Positions 9,545-19,319 of a stretch of DNA of 64,000 nucleotides are shown here, piece by piece. The translations under genes were made by a program, and so were the position numbers. The DNA comes from Candidatus Heimdallarchaeota archaeon (GTDB lineage: Archaea; Asgardarchaeota; Heimdallarchaeia; Hodarchaeales; Hodarchaeaceae): contig CP070695.1 of NCBI GenBank assembly GCA_020353515.1, forward strand, positions 2,486,966 through 2,550,965, read 5' to 3'. Under the pieces are notes generated by a model, which did not search any database, was not told the origin of the DNA, and worked only from the letters and a program-made list of their open reading frames with translations. Numbering within the stretch: the stretch's first letter is position 1; each line of letters opens with the position of its first letter.

Positions 9545-11260
9545 ATGTTCGATGAGTTAACATTAGACTTTTTCATTGCAATCTACTCATTGCTAACCGT
9601 AACAATCTTCACTACTATTTCCATTAAACGAAAACAATTATATTCATGGTTACCAGCACTGCTTTCTTATATAATTGGTACTTTTTGCATTCTTTTTAGA
9701 TTTCAAGATCCAATCTTCAGGCTTTTTGGAAATCTTTTTTATTTAACTTCAATCTTTCTCTTTGTTGCGATAATTTATTGCGATTTCCTAAATCTAAAAT
9801 CTGATAATTTAGATAAAAGGAATTTTTCTGTTTTAGGTTTATCAGTCATTGGATCATTTTTTGTTTTCTCAATGATACCACTTGTTTCATTTATAATCAG
9901 AATCCAAATTTTTATTCTTATTCTTGTAGTTATTGCCATGGTATTGTTTTTACGTGTATATCTGATTAAAAAGACTCCAACTCATGCTTTTATGTTTCTG
10001 ACTTCTATAAGTACTACTTTCACTTCATTCACTACATTGGGAAGTTTTTTCTATCCATTTATATTTTGGGAATTTAGTTATCTCGGAAATATTGTTTTTG
10101 TGACATTAATCTTAGCAACTTCATTTGTAGCGTTATTGGAAGATAGATTAAAGAAATCGGAGAATAAATACCGAAAAGCCTTTGAAGAATTACAAACAAG
10201 TGAAATAAGATATAAAACTCTATATCAGACAGCAAGGGTAGGTTTAATAAGTACGGATTTAGAAGGAACAATTTTAACCGTAAACGAAGCAGCTGTTAAA
10301 CTATTTGGATATAAAACCATTCCAGAGGTTATAGGAAAGAATGTTTCAGACCACTTTGAAAATCCACAAGAATGTGAGGATTTAAGATTACAATTACTCG
10401 AAAATGGGTTCGCTGATAACTTAGAGATTCTAATGAAGAAACAAGATGGAACGAGAATTATTCTGGAAGTTGGATCAAACCTCTATAAAGATGAAAATAT
10501 GGACAAAATTAGAATTGAAACTGTTCTCAGAGATGTTACCGAATACAAAGAAACTGAAAAAATTCGTAAAGCACTTGAAGATAAACGTGAATCCTTTATT
10601 TCATTAACCCAACACGAATTGCGTACACCGCTAACGATTGGTTTAGGATGGTGTGATTATCTTCTAAAGAAACAAAAAGGACATTTTGGTAAAGATAACG
10701 AAGAAATTGTCCAAAAAATTAAAAAGAGTCTTGTCAGACTAGAACGATTAATTGATAATGTTAGAACCACTGAACAATTAGAACATAACATCTTTCAATT
10801 GGATATGAAAAAGATTGAATTTTGTGGTTTTATAACTGAGATTTTTAAGTACTATCAACATTATTTGGGGGACACTTTTCAGTTTAAAGGCTGTCCAGAT
10901 TATAAAATAACAGTAGAAGGCGATAAAGCACGATTACGACAAGTAATAGAAAATATTATGGATAACGCCATAAAACACACCCCCAAAGATAATCGAAGGA
11001 TCAGAGCTGAGATTACAACACATCCAAATTCTCTCCATCTCTCTATTCGGGATAACGGGGCAGGCATCCAATTAGAACATCTTGATGAAATTTTCAATAA
11101 ATATTTCAGTGTTCCAACAGAATACTCTGTTGTTGGAACTGGTTTAGGACTCTATCTTGTCCGAGAGATATTAAAAAATCATAAAGGATCAATTATAGCT
11201 GATAGTAAGGGAAGGGGGCAAGGTTCAACATTTACAATTACACTACCCTGTAAAATTTAA
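9545..11260 (+). CDS. Multi-TM PAS sensor histidine kinase
   Basis: About 7 hydrophobic segments, a PAS domain, H-box HELRTPL, N-box ENIMDNAIKH, DNGAGI, GTGLGL. Confidence 0.95.
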   Translation: MFDELTLDFFIAIYSLLTVTIFTTISIKRKQLYSWLPALLSYIIGTFCILFRFQDPIFRLFGNLFYLTSIFLFVAIIYCDFLNLKSDNLDKRNFSVLGLSVIGSFFVFSMIPLVSFIIRIQIFILILVVIAMVLFLRVYLIKKTPTHAFMFLTSISTTFTSFTTLGSFFYPFIFWEFSYLGNIVFVTLILATSFVALLEDRLKKSENKYRKAFEELQTSEIRYKTLYQTARVGLISTDLEGTILTVNEAAVKLFGYKTIPEVIGKNVSDHFENPQECEDLRLQLLENGFADNLEILMKKQDGTRIILEVGSNLYKDENMDKIRIETVLRDVTEYKETEKIRKALEDKRESFISLTQHELRTPLTIGLGWCDYLLKKQKGHFGKDNEEIVQKIKKSLVRLERLIDNVRTTEQLEHNIFQLDMKKIEFCGFITEIFKYYQHYLGDTFQFKGCPDYKITVEGDKARLRQVIENIMDNAIKHTPKDNRRIRAEITTHPNSLHLSIRDNGAGIQLEHLDEIFNKYFSVPTEYSVVGTGLGLYLVREILKNHKGSIIADSKGRGQGSTFTITLPCKI

Positions 11261-11347
11261 CCTAATACTGGTAGTGTAAAACAATCGTCATTTAGAATAT
11301 TGGAAAAACATTTTTTGCATTAAACCATTATTGTCTGGGGGTGGTTT

Positions 11348-11672
11348 TTGTTTGTCGCCTACTCTTTATATAAACGGATTGCACAAGATCAATCAGTTGA
11401 GGACTGGGTAAAAACACGCTATAAGCTAATGATCAATTATGTGTTTTTCATTCTGATTCCAGCAACTCTTTTAATTTTTACACTAAGCCAAACAGATATT
11501 TTTACACTCAGTAGTATTAATAGCAATGGTTTCGTATGTGCTCCAATTTATCGTATGGGTGGTGCCTGAACGAATTAGATTTTATCTCAACCGAAATTAT
11601 GAAGCACCAATTGATGAAAGGGATATTCCTCAAACAGAGGAAGAATTAATGAAAGCTTTGATGGAAGGATAG
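11348..11672 (+). pseudogene. Frameshifted 3' fragment of a membrane protein gene
   Basis: ORF 11348-11569 continues in another frame as WVVPERIRFYLNRNYEAPIDERDIPQTEEELMKALMEG* (TAG ends 11672). No intact 5' part seen. Confidence 0.5.
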
Positions 11673-11674
11673 AA

Positions 11675-11943
11675 ATGGAAGTAGTGAACTTTTTTGGGGA
11701 AAAATTGGCAAATATAATTAATAAAAATGCTGTTGCAGCTTCTGGTATTATTAGATTCGTAATTAAAGATAGTCAATACGATCCAGATTTAATTACTGTA
11801 GATGAATTACGAGTCTTTTCTAATTCATTAAAAAAATAACCTATTTCTACAAATTGAGAATCAAAAAGGTAGCCGGTATATCAGCAGAGATGATTTGGGA
11901 ATTAGGTAACAATCAATCATTATTAACAATGATCGTGAAATGA
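11675..11943 (+). pseudogene. Disrupted small hypothetical gene
   Basis: ATG 2 nt after the previous stop: MEVVNFFGEKLANIINKNAVAASGIIRFVIKD...SNSLKK* (11839), resuming as LRIKKVAGISAEMIWELGNNQSLLTMIVK* (11943). Confidence 0.5.
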
Positions 11944-11994
11944 GAGCTGAAAGAGAGCTTAACAAATGCAGTAGGGTTCAGTTAGTTAAAATCT

Positions 11995-12315
11995 ATGGAA
12001 CTTAGCAGCAAGAATGCTAAAGTTCTAGATTCTGAACCCTTCTACGAACTAATGTCTGAATTTCTTGATAGAATTGACTGTCCTGTTCCTTTGATTACTC
12101 CAAATTACATGGCTTATTCAAAAATAACAGAGAACTAACATATTTTTCTTCTCGACTTTATATAGTCCTACGAAACCCACAGTGCTGTTCCACCGACGAA
12201 ATGGGAGACTATTCGTGGATTTGATAGATTAAAACAATTCACTGTATGTATTGATATCTGGCCGATTCTTACAAGAGAAAAAGCTCCAGAAAGGGATAAG
12301 AGGAACGACAAATAA
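11995..12315 (+). pseudogene. Decayed reading frame containing repeat copy 2
   Basis: One frame reads MELSSKNAKVLDSEPFYELMSEFLDRID...TEN*HIFLLDFI*SYETHSAVPPTKWETIRGFDRLKQF...K*, with two in-frame stops (12136, 12163). Confidence 0.4.
11996..12079 (+). repeat. ~85 bp direct repeat, copy 2
   Basis: Matches 5554-5638, with an exact 34 bp core at 12020-12053. Confidence 0.9.
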
Positions 12316-12459
12316 AGAAGTCTTGTTTTCTTCATCATTTTTTCATAGTAATGAATTTGATATGATTCCCCCTGTAGAAGTGATTGCTCATTCTAATGGA
12401 TCAATATCTATAACAGGAATCAAGCCAGAAATTCTAGGAGACCTAACTTCCGATATCTA

Positions 12460-12717
12460 TTGATTTTTATAGCTGAATGTTCTAAATCAATCAAGAAGAG
12501 GAAAAGTTTTTTGACAGTTTGCTCTAAATGTAGGACTGAAATTAGGGGAGAGAAGTACGATCGTTCGATTTTTATTCCTCCAGCGATATTCGTCCCACAA
12601 ACATTTTGTGAAGAATGTTTTCATTTAGTAAAGCAAAGAGATGAAGAATTAGTCCCACTAGTCCTTTTAGCACTGGCTTTTATACTAATCCCCTTATTGG
12701 TCATCCTACTATCATGA
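12460..12717 (+). CDS. Small Zn-ribbon protein with C-terminal TM helix
   Basis: CSKC...CEEC followed by LVPLVLLALAFILIPLLVILLS; start uncertain. Confidence 0.55.
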   Translation: MIFIAECSKSIKKRKSFLTVCSKCRTEIRGEKYDRSIFIPPAIFVPQTFCEECFHLVKQRDEELVPLVLLALAFILIPLLVILLS

Positions 12718-12782
12718 AGACTTCTTTAGGATTGAGACACAATTATTTAAGATAGATATCTTAACTTAATTCTATAAATCTA

Positions 12783-13446
12783 GTAAAAAATTGTGTTGCT
12801 GATGAACATTCTAATTGTTCAGAGTGTGATTTGAAAGATCACCTGATTTGTAGATTTGATAAAGGATTTGCAAATAGATTTCTTTTGGGAAATGCAGCTT
12901 ATCGTGTCGTGGCACTAGCAATACTATTCTTGACGGGCATTTTAGTAAATCAGCTTTGGTTAATGCCTGTTTATCTTATGGGAATTATTCTAAATTTTTT
13001 TTGTTTTGGAACCCAGATTACTTTGTTTACACTGTCCTTTTTATGAGAAGAAGGGAAGAGTTCTTAAGTGCTGGGCTCTCCGTGGGATGCCAAAATTATG
13101 GAGTTATCACCCAGAACCCATCACGAAAGTGGAAAGGATCGCTATGCTTCCTTTAGTGGCATTTATTGATCTATTCCCTTTGTTAGGCATCGGATGGGGG
13201 CTTTTAGAGTTTTTCTTAAATCCCTACGACAATGTAATGATAGGAACTTTATTGATAATCTTATCAATAATCTTTATATCGATAATGATTTACTTTAGCA
13301 AAATATTACTCGGTCATGCTTGTCAAAAATGTCCCAATTTCTCCTGCGCAATGAATAAAGTTTCATCTGACATAATAAGCGCATTTCTAAATCAAAATCC
13401 CTTAATGAAAAAAGCTTGGGAAGAAGCGGGTTGGACACTAGAGTAA
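12783..13446 (+). pseudogene. Cys-rich membrane protein split by a frameshift at a T8 run (or sequencing indel)
   Basis: ORFs 12831-13046 and 13006-13446 join into one frame if T8 (12995-13002) loses 1 T or gains 2. Joined product: CVADEHSNCSECDLKDHLICRF...2TM...EPRLLCLHCPFY...C...2TM...CQKCPNFSCAMN. Start codon uncertain. Confidence 0.7.
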
Positions 13447-13544
13447 AAGAGTTATTTCAAGGTACTCGAAAATCGAGTAAGATGATTTTTAGAAATTTTT
13501 AAAAGTATGGTCATTTTAGACATAAAAGATAATGGAGGACCAAT

Positions 13545-14000
13545 ATGCCATTAGAAATCGGTGATAAAGCTCCAGAATTCGAAACCACAACAGAATCAGA
13601 GGAACCTGTCAGTTCAGAACTTTTGGAAGGTAAAAAGTATGTTCTCTATTTTTATCCTAGAGATAATACTCCTGGTTGCACCAAAGAAGCCTGTTCAATA
13701 AGAGATAACTATCAAACTTTTCTTGATCAGGATATTCTTGTATATGGTGCTTCAGGAGGAAACGCACAATCTCATCAAAAATTCATCAACAAATATAACC
13801 TTCCATTTCCTCTCTTAATGGATGAAAAATTAGAGCTCGCAAAAAAATTTGGAGCTTATAAACGAGGGAATAGAGTAGCACGTATTACATACCTTATCGA
13901 TGAGGAAGGGAACATTGAAGGTATTTTCGGGGTAGAGGGTCACGAAAAAGTTAAAACATCACAACACGCAGAACAGATAATCCAATTCTGGAAGTTATAG
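13545..14000 (+). CDS. bcp: Peroxiredoxin Bcp/PrxQ
   Basis: YFYPRDNTPGCTKEAC motif; GGAGG SD. Confidence 0.95.
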   Translation: MPLEIGDKAPEFETTTESEEPVSSELLEGKKYVLYFYPRDNTPGCTKEACSIRDNYQTFLDQDILVYGASGGNAQSHQKFINKYNLPFPLLMDEKLELAKKFGAYKRGNRVARITYLIDEEGNIEGIFGVEGHEKVKTSQHAEQIIQFWKL

Positions 14001-14088
14001 AAAAATCTATTCCTTATATATAAGTGAATTAAATTCCTTTTAAGAGGAGGGAGGGATTTAATTCATTTCATTGAATTCTACTAGCTAA

Positions 14089-15054
14089 TTAGTCCTCAAA
14101 TGGGACTGCAAGTGCCGTAGGGGCTCCAACAATACTTTTCACCTTTTGTTGGGATAAAATTATTGCCCATATTGCCAAGAACAGAATAGTTGAAAGAGGA
14201 GGCATCATTTTCAATGCAGCCGCGGGAATACCCTCTGGGAATATTATTGGTATTGTCAAATGTTGGAAAGAGAACTGTAGGACATCAAACGACCCAAAGA
14301 GATAAGACCCAAAAAGAGCTCCGAGAGGATTCCATAACGCAACAACAACTAGAGCTATAACAATCCAACCTCGCCCTTGAGTCATTCCTTCCGCCCAAAA
14401 ATTAAGCCAGCTCAGTGATAAATAAGCTCCTCCAAGACCAGCACACATCCCCCCAAAAATAACACAGCAATATCTGATTAATCGAACTTTGACTCCTTGG
14501 TTGTAAGCAGCAGAAGGATTTTCCCCGACAGTCCGAATCAATATACCCACTCGTGTCTTAAATAGGATAAACCAAAGGAGAGGAACAAGGAGATAGGAAA
14601 GATATACTAGAATAGAATGGTTGAAGAAGATTGGGCCAATCGTTGGAATATCAGATAATAAAGGAATTGGAATCTTTTCTAACCCATCAAACGCTTTTCC
14701 AATCACATCTCGACCCAAGAATCCACTCAAACCCGTTCCTAAAATGGTTAAGCCAATCCCTGAGACAATTTGATTCCGATTAAAGGTTACAGTTATTATA
14801 GCGTGAGCAGAAGCTAGGACACCCCCAAGGAGGATCCCGAATAAAATCCCAAGATACACATTATTCGTGATGAAGGCAAAAGCATATGATCCAGCCGCAC
14901 TTGCAATTACCATTCCTTCAATACCAAGATTTAAAATTCCAGAACGTTCAGCGTAAATCTCCCCCAACGTTGGAATGAGGAAAAAAGTTGCAGCTGCAAC
15001 AATTGAATTTCCTAACACAGGATTAAATAATTCAACCATTAGATTCGTCTCCAT
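14089..15054 (-). CDS. Nucleoside/sugar ABC importer permease (BPD_transp_2)
   Basis: ERSGILNLGIEG, GENPSAA...GV, GRGWI motifs. Confidence 0.9.
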   Translation of the reverse strand: METNLMVELFNPVLGNSIVAAATFFLIPTLGEIYAERSGILNLGIEGMVIASAAGSYAFAFITNNVYLGILFGILLGGVLASAHAIITVTFNRNQIVSGIGLTILGTGLSGFLGRDVIGKAFDGLEKIPIPLLSDIPTIGPIFFNHSILVYLSYLLVPLLWFILFKTRVGILIRTVGENPSAAYNQGVKVRLIRYCCVIFGGMCAGLGGAYLSLSWLNFWAEGMTQGRGWIVIALVVVALWNPLGALFGSYLFGSFDVLQFSFQHLTIPIIFPEGIPAAALKMMPPLSTILFLAIWAIILSQQKVKSIVGAPTALAVPFED

Positions 15055-16166
15055 GTTATCGTATATCGAAAGAAAAACTCCGCTAAAAGGACAAAAAAGA
15101 GGAGTATTCCACTAAACATATCTAAAGCTGTTCCGGGAAGACCTTTTGTCAACTTAATCGCATTTCCCCCTACAATTAAAGCAGCAAAAAATAAGGCACT
15201 AATTACTATACCTATAGGATTTAATCCTCCTAGATAGGCCACAGCAATAGCTGTAAATCCATAACCAGGTGTACTGGGAGTCAATCGTAATTGATTTCCA
15301 GCAATCTCGCCCACTCCAGCCATACCAGCTAATCCCCCAGAAAGGATCATGCTTACCAAGATGACCTTGAAAAAACTCATTCCAGCAGTCCGCCCTGCTA
15401 AGGGGTTTTTTCCCGTTACATTTAATTCATACCCGAATTTTGTTTTAGGTACTCCATTTACCGATCTAAATAGAAAGAAATAGACTAGTCCAGTGATTAT
15501 AAGTACTAAAAATAACGTGATATGAACAGGTGAGAAATCCCACTTTATATCCAGAATTGGGACGGTAAAGTCAAAATCTAAGACAGGAATTTTCCCATTT
15601 TCTGGAATTTGGGAGGAGTAGGTAAAACCAGTTTCAGGATCTCTCCATGGGCCACTAACTAAATACTCCAATATATAAATTGCAGGAAAAACCATTAAAA
15701 AACTAACTACAACATCAGCGCCTTGGAAGCCTCCTTTTGCCCTAAACAGAACAACAGGGAGAGCCCAAATTGCCCCAATAATGAATCCATTGATAAACAT
15801 AAGGGGAATCAAGATAAAAAATGGTAGAGTAGGAAAAATAAATGCTGTCCCAATCGCAGCAAGAGTACCCATCACATATTGGCCTTCAGCACCGATATTA
15901 TCAATTCGAGCCTTAAACGGAATGGCGAGGCCAAGAGCAATACAGAGTAACGTAATAAAGATGCCAATAGTATTAGGAAGCAAGCGAATATTTACCAATA
16001 TTATGTCAATATACAATTCAATTGGATTGATCCCCATTAAGAGAAAAATTATACCAAGAACAACCAATCCACTTCCAATTGCCATTACTCTTACACTAAA
16101 TGCTTTTAGCCCTATTAGAGGTAATGTTCGTCTCTGAAACAAGATTTCAAAATTAAGTATCTTCAT
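15039..16166 (-). CDS. Nucleoside/sugar ABC importer permease
   Basis: NIGAEGQ, GYGFTAIAVAYLGGLNP; overlaps the next gene. Confidence 0.9.
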   Translation of the reverse strand: MKILNFEILFQRRTLPLIGLKAFSVRVMAIGSGLVVLGIIFLLMGINPIELYIDIILVNIRLLPNTIGIFITLLCIALGLAIPFKARIDNIGAEGQYVMGTLAAIGTAFIFPTLPFFILIPLMFINGFIIGAIWALPVVLFRAKGGFQGADVVVSFLMVFPAIYILEYLVSGPWRDPETGFTYSSQIPENGKIPVLDFDFTVPILDIKWDFSPVHITLFLVLIITGLVYFFLFRSVNGVPKTKFGYELNVTGKNPLAGRTAGMSFFKVILVSMILSGGLAGMAGVGEIAGNQLRLTPSTPGYGFTAIAVAYLGGLNPIGIVISALFFAALIVGGNAIKLTKGLPGTALDMFSGILLFFVLLAEFFFRYTITWRRI

Positions 16167-17723
16167 TCAATTTTCCTCCTCAAGCTTCGCACCACCCATT
16201 AGCAAACCTACATTCTGACGGGTAGCATTTTCAGCTTTAACCGTTCCCATGATTTTCCCTTTATACATAACAACAATCTCATCACTTAGCGTTAGTATTT
16301 CAGTAAGATCACTAGAGATCAGTAAAACGGCAGCACCTGAAGTTCTCATTTTTAATAGTTCTTCCCGAACAAACTGGGTCGTGCCTACATCTAAACCGAA
16401 TGTGGGGTTTTCTGCTATTAGAATTAGCTCCTGATTATCAGGAGGGGTGAGAGAGAATTCCCTTGCTACGACTACTTTCTGTCTATTACCCCCAGATAAA
16501 CTCCGCACTGGAACTAATGGACTCGGAGTAACAATATTGAATCTTTTAATCAAATCTTCTGTTTGTAATGCTATAGATTCATTATCTATAAAGAGCCCTG
16601 GAGACCCCTGATATGAATTTAGAATGAGGTTTTCTCGTACTGTTAAATCTAATATTAGGGCTTTTCGACGATCTTCAGGAATATATGCTACACCTGATTC
16701 GCGGATCTCTCTGATTGGTTTATTTGTCATATCTTTTCCCCGAATCAGGACTTCCCCAGATTCTACTTTTCGCCAATGAAGAAGAGCTTCTATAAGCTCC
16801 CTCTGACCATTTCCTGCAATACCAGCAATTCCAAGAATCTGGTTTTCTTTTAATTGAAAACTTACTCCTCTGACAACCTCATCTCCCATATCATTCTTTG
16901 TATGCAAAGTTGACACATTTATAACGATTTTTCCAGCATCGAGAGGAGGGCGTTTGAGATGATATAAAACCTCCCTTCCCACCATCATTGATGCCAATTG
17001 ACGAATCCCTTCTTCTTGGGATTTCCATTTCTGTTTAGCCTGATGAGTATCAAGGGTTTCAATTACTTTTCCTTGACGTAATATTGTGATTCTGTCACTG
17101 ATTCTAATTGCTTCTTCGAGGTGATGAGTAATAATCACTATACTCTTCCCTCTTTCTTTAAGAGAAAAAAGGAGTTTGAAAAGATTATCAGTTTCAGCAG
17201 GAGTTAACATTGAGGTTGGTTCGTCAAGAATGATAATTTCAGGATTGGTAATTAGAGCCTTAAGTATTTCAACACGTTGTTTCTCCCCTCCTGACAATTT
17301 CCAAACCTTTAATTTTGGATCTAAGTCTCCTAAGTCATAATCTACCAAAACCTTCTTTATTTTTGTTTCTATTTCATTTAAAGAAAGAAAGAAACCTCGT
17401 GATATGCTAAGGATGTTTTCTGCAATTGAATGTCTTTCAATCAGACTTCCTGTTAGGTCTTGTCTTGCTATACCTAATCCATATTTTAATGCTGTAATTG
17501 GATTATTTAGTTCTACTTCAACCCCTCGTAACTTAATTGTACCACTATCTGGTTTTCTGAATAAAGTGCCTACTAAAGTTGATTTACCAGCACCATTCTC
17601 ACCTAAAAGAGCATGAATTTCCCCTTGTTTTAACGTAAAATTGATATGGTCGTTTGCTTTGATCTCAACTCCATCGCCATAGAATGTTTTGCATACATCA
17701 TGCATCTCTAAGACTGTACTCAT
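16167..17723 (-). CDS. Nucleoside/sugar ABC importer tandem ATPase
   Basis: GENGAGKST, LSGGEKQR, LDEPT, and a second domain with LSGGNRQK. Start moved to MSTVLEM (17723, GAGGA SD) instead of 17861. Confidence 0.92.
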   Translation of the reverse strand: MSTVLEMHDVCKTFYGDGVEIKANDHINFTLKQGEIHALLGENGAGKSTLVGTLFRKPDSGTIKLRGVEVELNNPITALKYGLGIARQDLTGSLIERHSIAENILSISRGFFLSLNEIETKIKKVLVDYDLGDLDPKLKVWKLSGGEKQRVEILKALITNPEIIILDEPTSMLTPAETDNLFKLLFSLKERGKSIVIITHHLEEAIRISDRITILRQGKVIETLDTHQAKQKWKSQEEGIRQLASMMVGREVLYHLKRPPLDAGKIVINVSTLHTKNDMGDEVVRGVSFQLKENQILGIAGIAGNGQRELIEALLHWRKVESGEVLIRGKDMTNKPIREIRESGVAYIPEDRRKALILDLTVRENLILNSYQGSPGLFIDNESIALQTEDLIKRFNIVTPSPLVPVRSLSGGNRQKVVVAREFSLTPPDNQELILIAENPTFGLDVGTTQFVREELLKMRTSGAAVLLISSDLTEILTLSDEIVVMYKGKIMGTVKAENATRQNVGLLMGGAKLEEEN

Positions 17724-17906
17724 AGAATAATCCTCAATGTCTGTGATTTTTCGGATAAGTTGTATTAGATAATTTTCTTGATTAATATTTTTCAAGCTCG
17801 AAATTGCAGAAAAAAAACTAGTATTGAAGATTGAAAGCTTAAAGCTTCTAAAATTATACAAAAAGAAAAAAAAATGGGAAGAAGAAGAAAAATGCCTATC
17901 GTTTTC

Positions 17907-19187
17907 TTACTTCTTTCTGCGACTGAATTGGAAAGCACCAAGAGCAAGAATACCCAAGAAGATCACAAAGAAGTCTATAGAAGCTGCACCTTCTTCTGGA
18001 ATCGTACCTATCACGCCATCGACAAACCATGTCATATCCGAGAATAGATCAGGGATAGATGCCCGTTCTCCAGATTTGAACATTGTAGTTCCATTCTGTG
18101 CTTTTATTGGACCTGTGAAAGGATCAAAATCCACATCTGCCCAAGTATTGTTCATTTGATCTAAACGTGTCATTGTTAGATTATATACTGAGACTTCCCC
18201 TAGCACATCATCAGTTACAATCACTGCGTTCAGGTCATCTACAAATTTAGTATTAATGGGAACTCCGGCTTTTCCGCCAAGTTCAACTGCTTTCTCATGA
18301 AGGAACCATAAGTAGTCTACATCTTCAAGATTGGATTTAGTATAGTTACCATCATGTATTTGTAAGAGAATCTCATCGTACATGACGTCCCAATGTGCTA
18401 ACTGACCTGAAATACAACTGTTTGGCCCATACGATTGCATTGGTGAATAATGAGAAAATGAATAGACATCAGCTGTTGCTTCTGCAACTTCAACGACAGT
18501 TGGAGAATCTTCAGTAAACGCTAGCATATCACATCCATCTGCAATCAAGGCATTGGCAGCGCTTGTTGCAGCAGTAGGATTATACCAGCTATTTATCCAG
18601 CGGACATCGACTGTTGCACTAGAATTTACTTCGAGGGCTCCTAATGTCCACGCATTAATGTGGCGGATAACTTCTGGGATTGGAAAAGCAGCAACATAAC
18701 CTAGCTTACCACTTTCTGAAAGAGCTCCAGCCATTAACCCGTTAAGGTAATAGAGCTGATAGAAGTCTGCAAAGTATGTACCTACGTTTTTGGCGCGTTT
18801 AAATCCAGAGCAGTGGAAGAAAACAACGTCAGGATATTTCTCTGCCGCCGCGATAGTCCCATCCATGAATCCAAAGGACGTAGTAAAGATCACATTACAG
18901 TCATCGGCCACCAATGTGTCTACAGCCGCAACTACACTTGCAGTATCCTCTTTTACACTCTCAATATACACAGTCGTTAACCAATCGTATTTATTATCAA
19001 TTATTGTTCTTCCTTCGTTATGGGCATGTGTCCAACCATAATCTCCGATTGGGCCGACGTAGATGAAGCCTGCTTTTATATCTCCGTCAGCAACAGTGGT
19101 ACCACCAGTCATTTGGAGTCCACTCACTAAAATGCTTCCAAATATCAGACTCATTATAAAATATTTTAAGAAGGTTGATTTTTTCAT
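17907..19187 (-). CDS. BMP-family (purine nucleoside-type) substrate-binding protein with C-terminal membrane anchor
   Basis: GFIYVGPIGDYGWTHAH, TTSFGF, IPEVIRHINA; signal peptide; C-terminal TM plus RRKK. Confidence 0.9.
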   Translation of the reverse strand: MKKSTFLKYFIMSLIFGSILVSGLQMTGGTTVADGDIKAGFIYVGPIGDYGWTHAHNEGRTIIDNKYDWLTTVYIESVKEDTASVVAAVDTLVADDCNVIFTTSFGFMDGTIAAAEKYPDVVFFHCSGFKRAKNVGTYFADFYQLYYLNGLMAGALSESGKLGYVAAFPIPEVIRHINAWTLGALEVNSSATVDVRWINSWYNPTAATSAANALIADGCDMLAFTEDSPTVVEVAEATADVYSFSHYSPMQSYGPNSCISGQLAHWDVMYDEILLQIHDGNYTKSNLEDVDYLWFLHEKAVELGGKAGVPINTKFVDDLNAVIVTDDVLGEVSVYNLTMTRLDQMNNTWADVDFDPFTGPIKAQNGTTMFKSGERASIPDLFSDMTWFVDGVIGTIPEEGAASIDFFVIFLGILALGAFQFSRRKK

Positions 19188-19319
19188 AACTTAATCGACC
19201 TCTTGCCTACTAGGAGCAGCTCTCTATATAAAGATTTCTTCTAAATTGAGTCCTAGGTGGGTAATACACATCGTCAAACTAAGAAATTAGTAATAAAACA
19301 TAAAACGAACAATTGAAAA

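Noticed and set aside
12160-12220. Possible structured RNA (atagtc/gactat and ccca/tggg stems with GAAA loops; SECIS- or ribozyme-like)
   Set aside because: Stems are short, there is no hammerhead CUGAnGA core, no selenoprotein candidate nearby, and the region reads as part of a decayed coding frame.
17724-17861. N-terminal extension of the ABC ATPase in the ORF track
   Set aside because: AT-rich intergenic-like sequence; a better start with an SD is at 17723.
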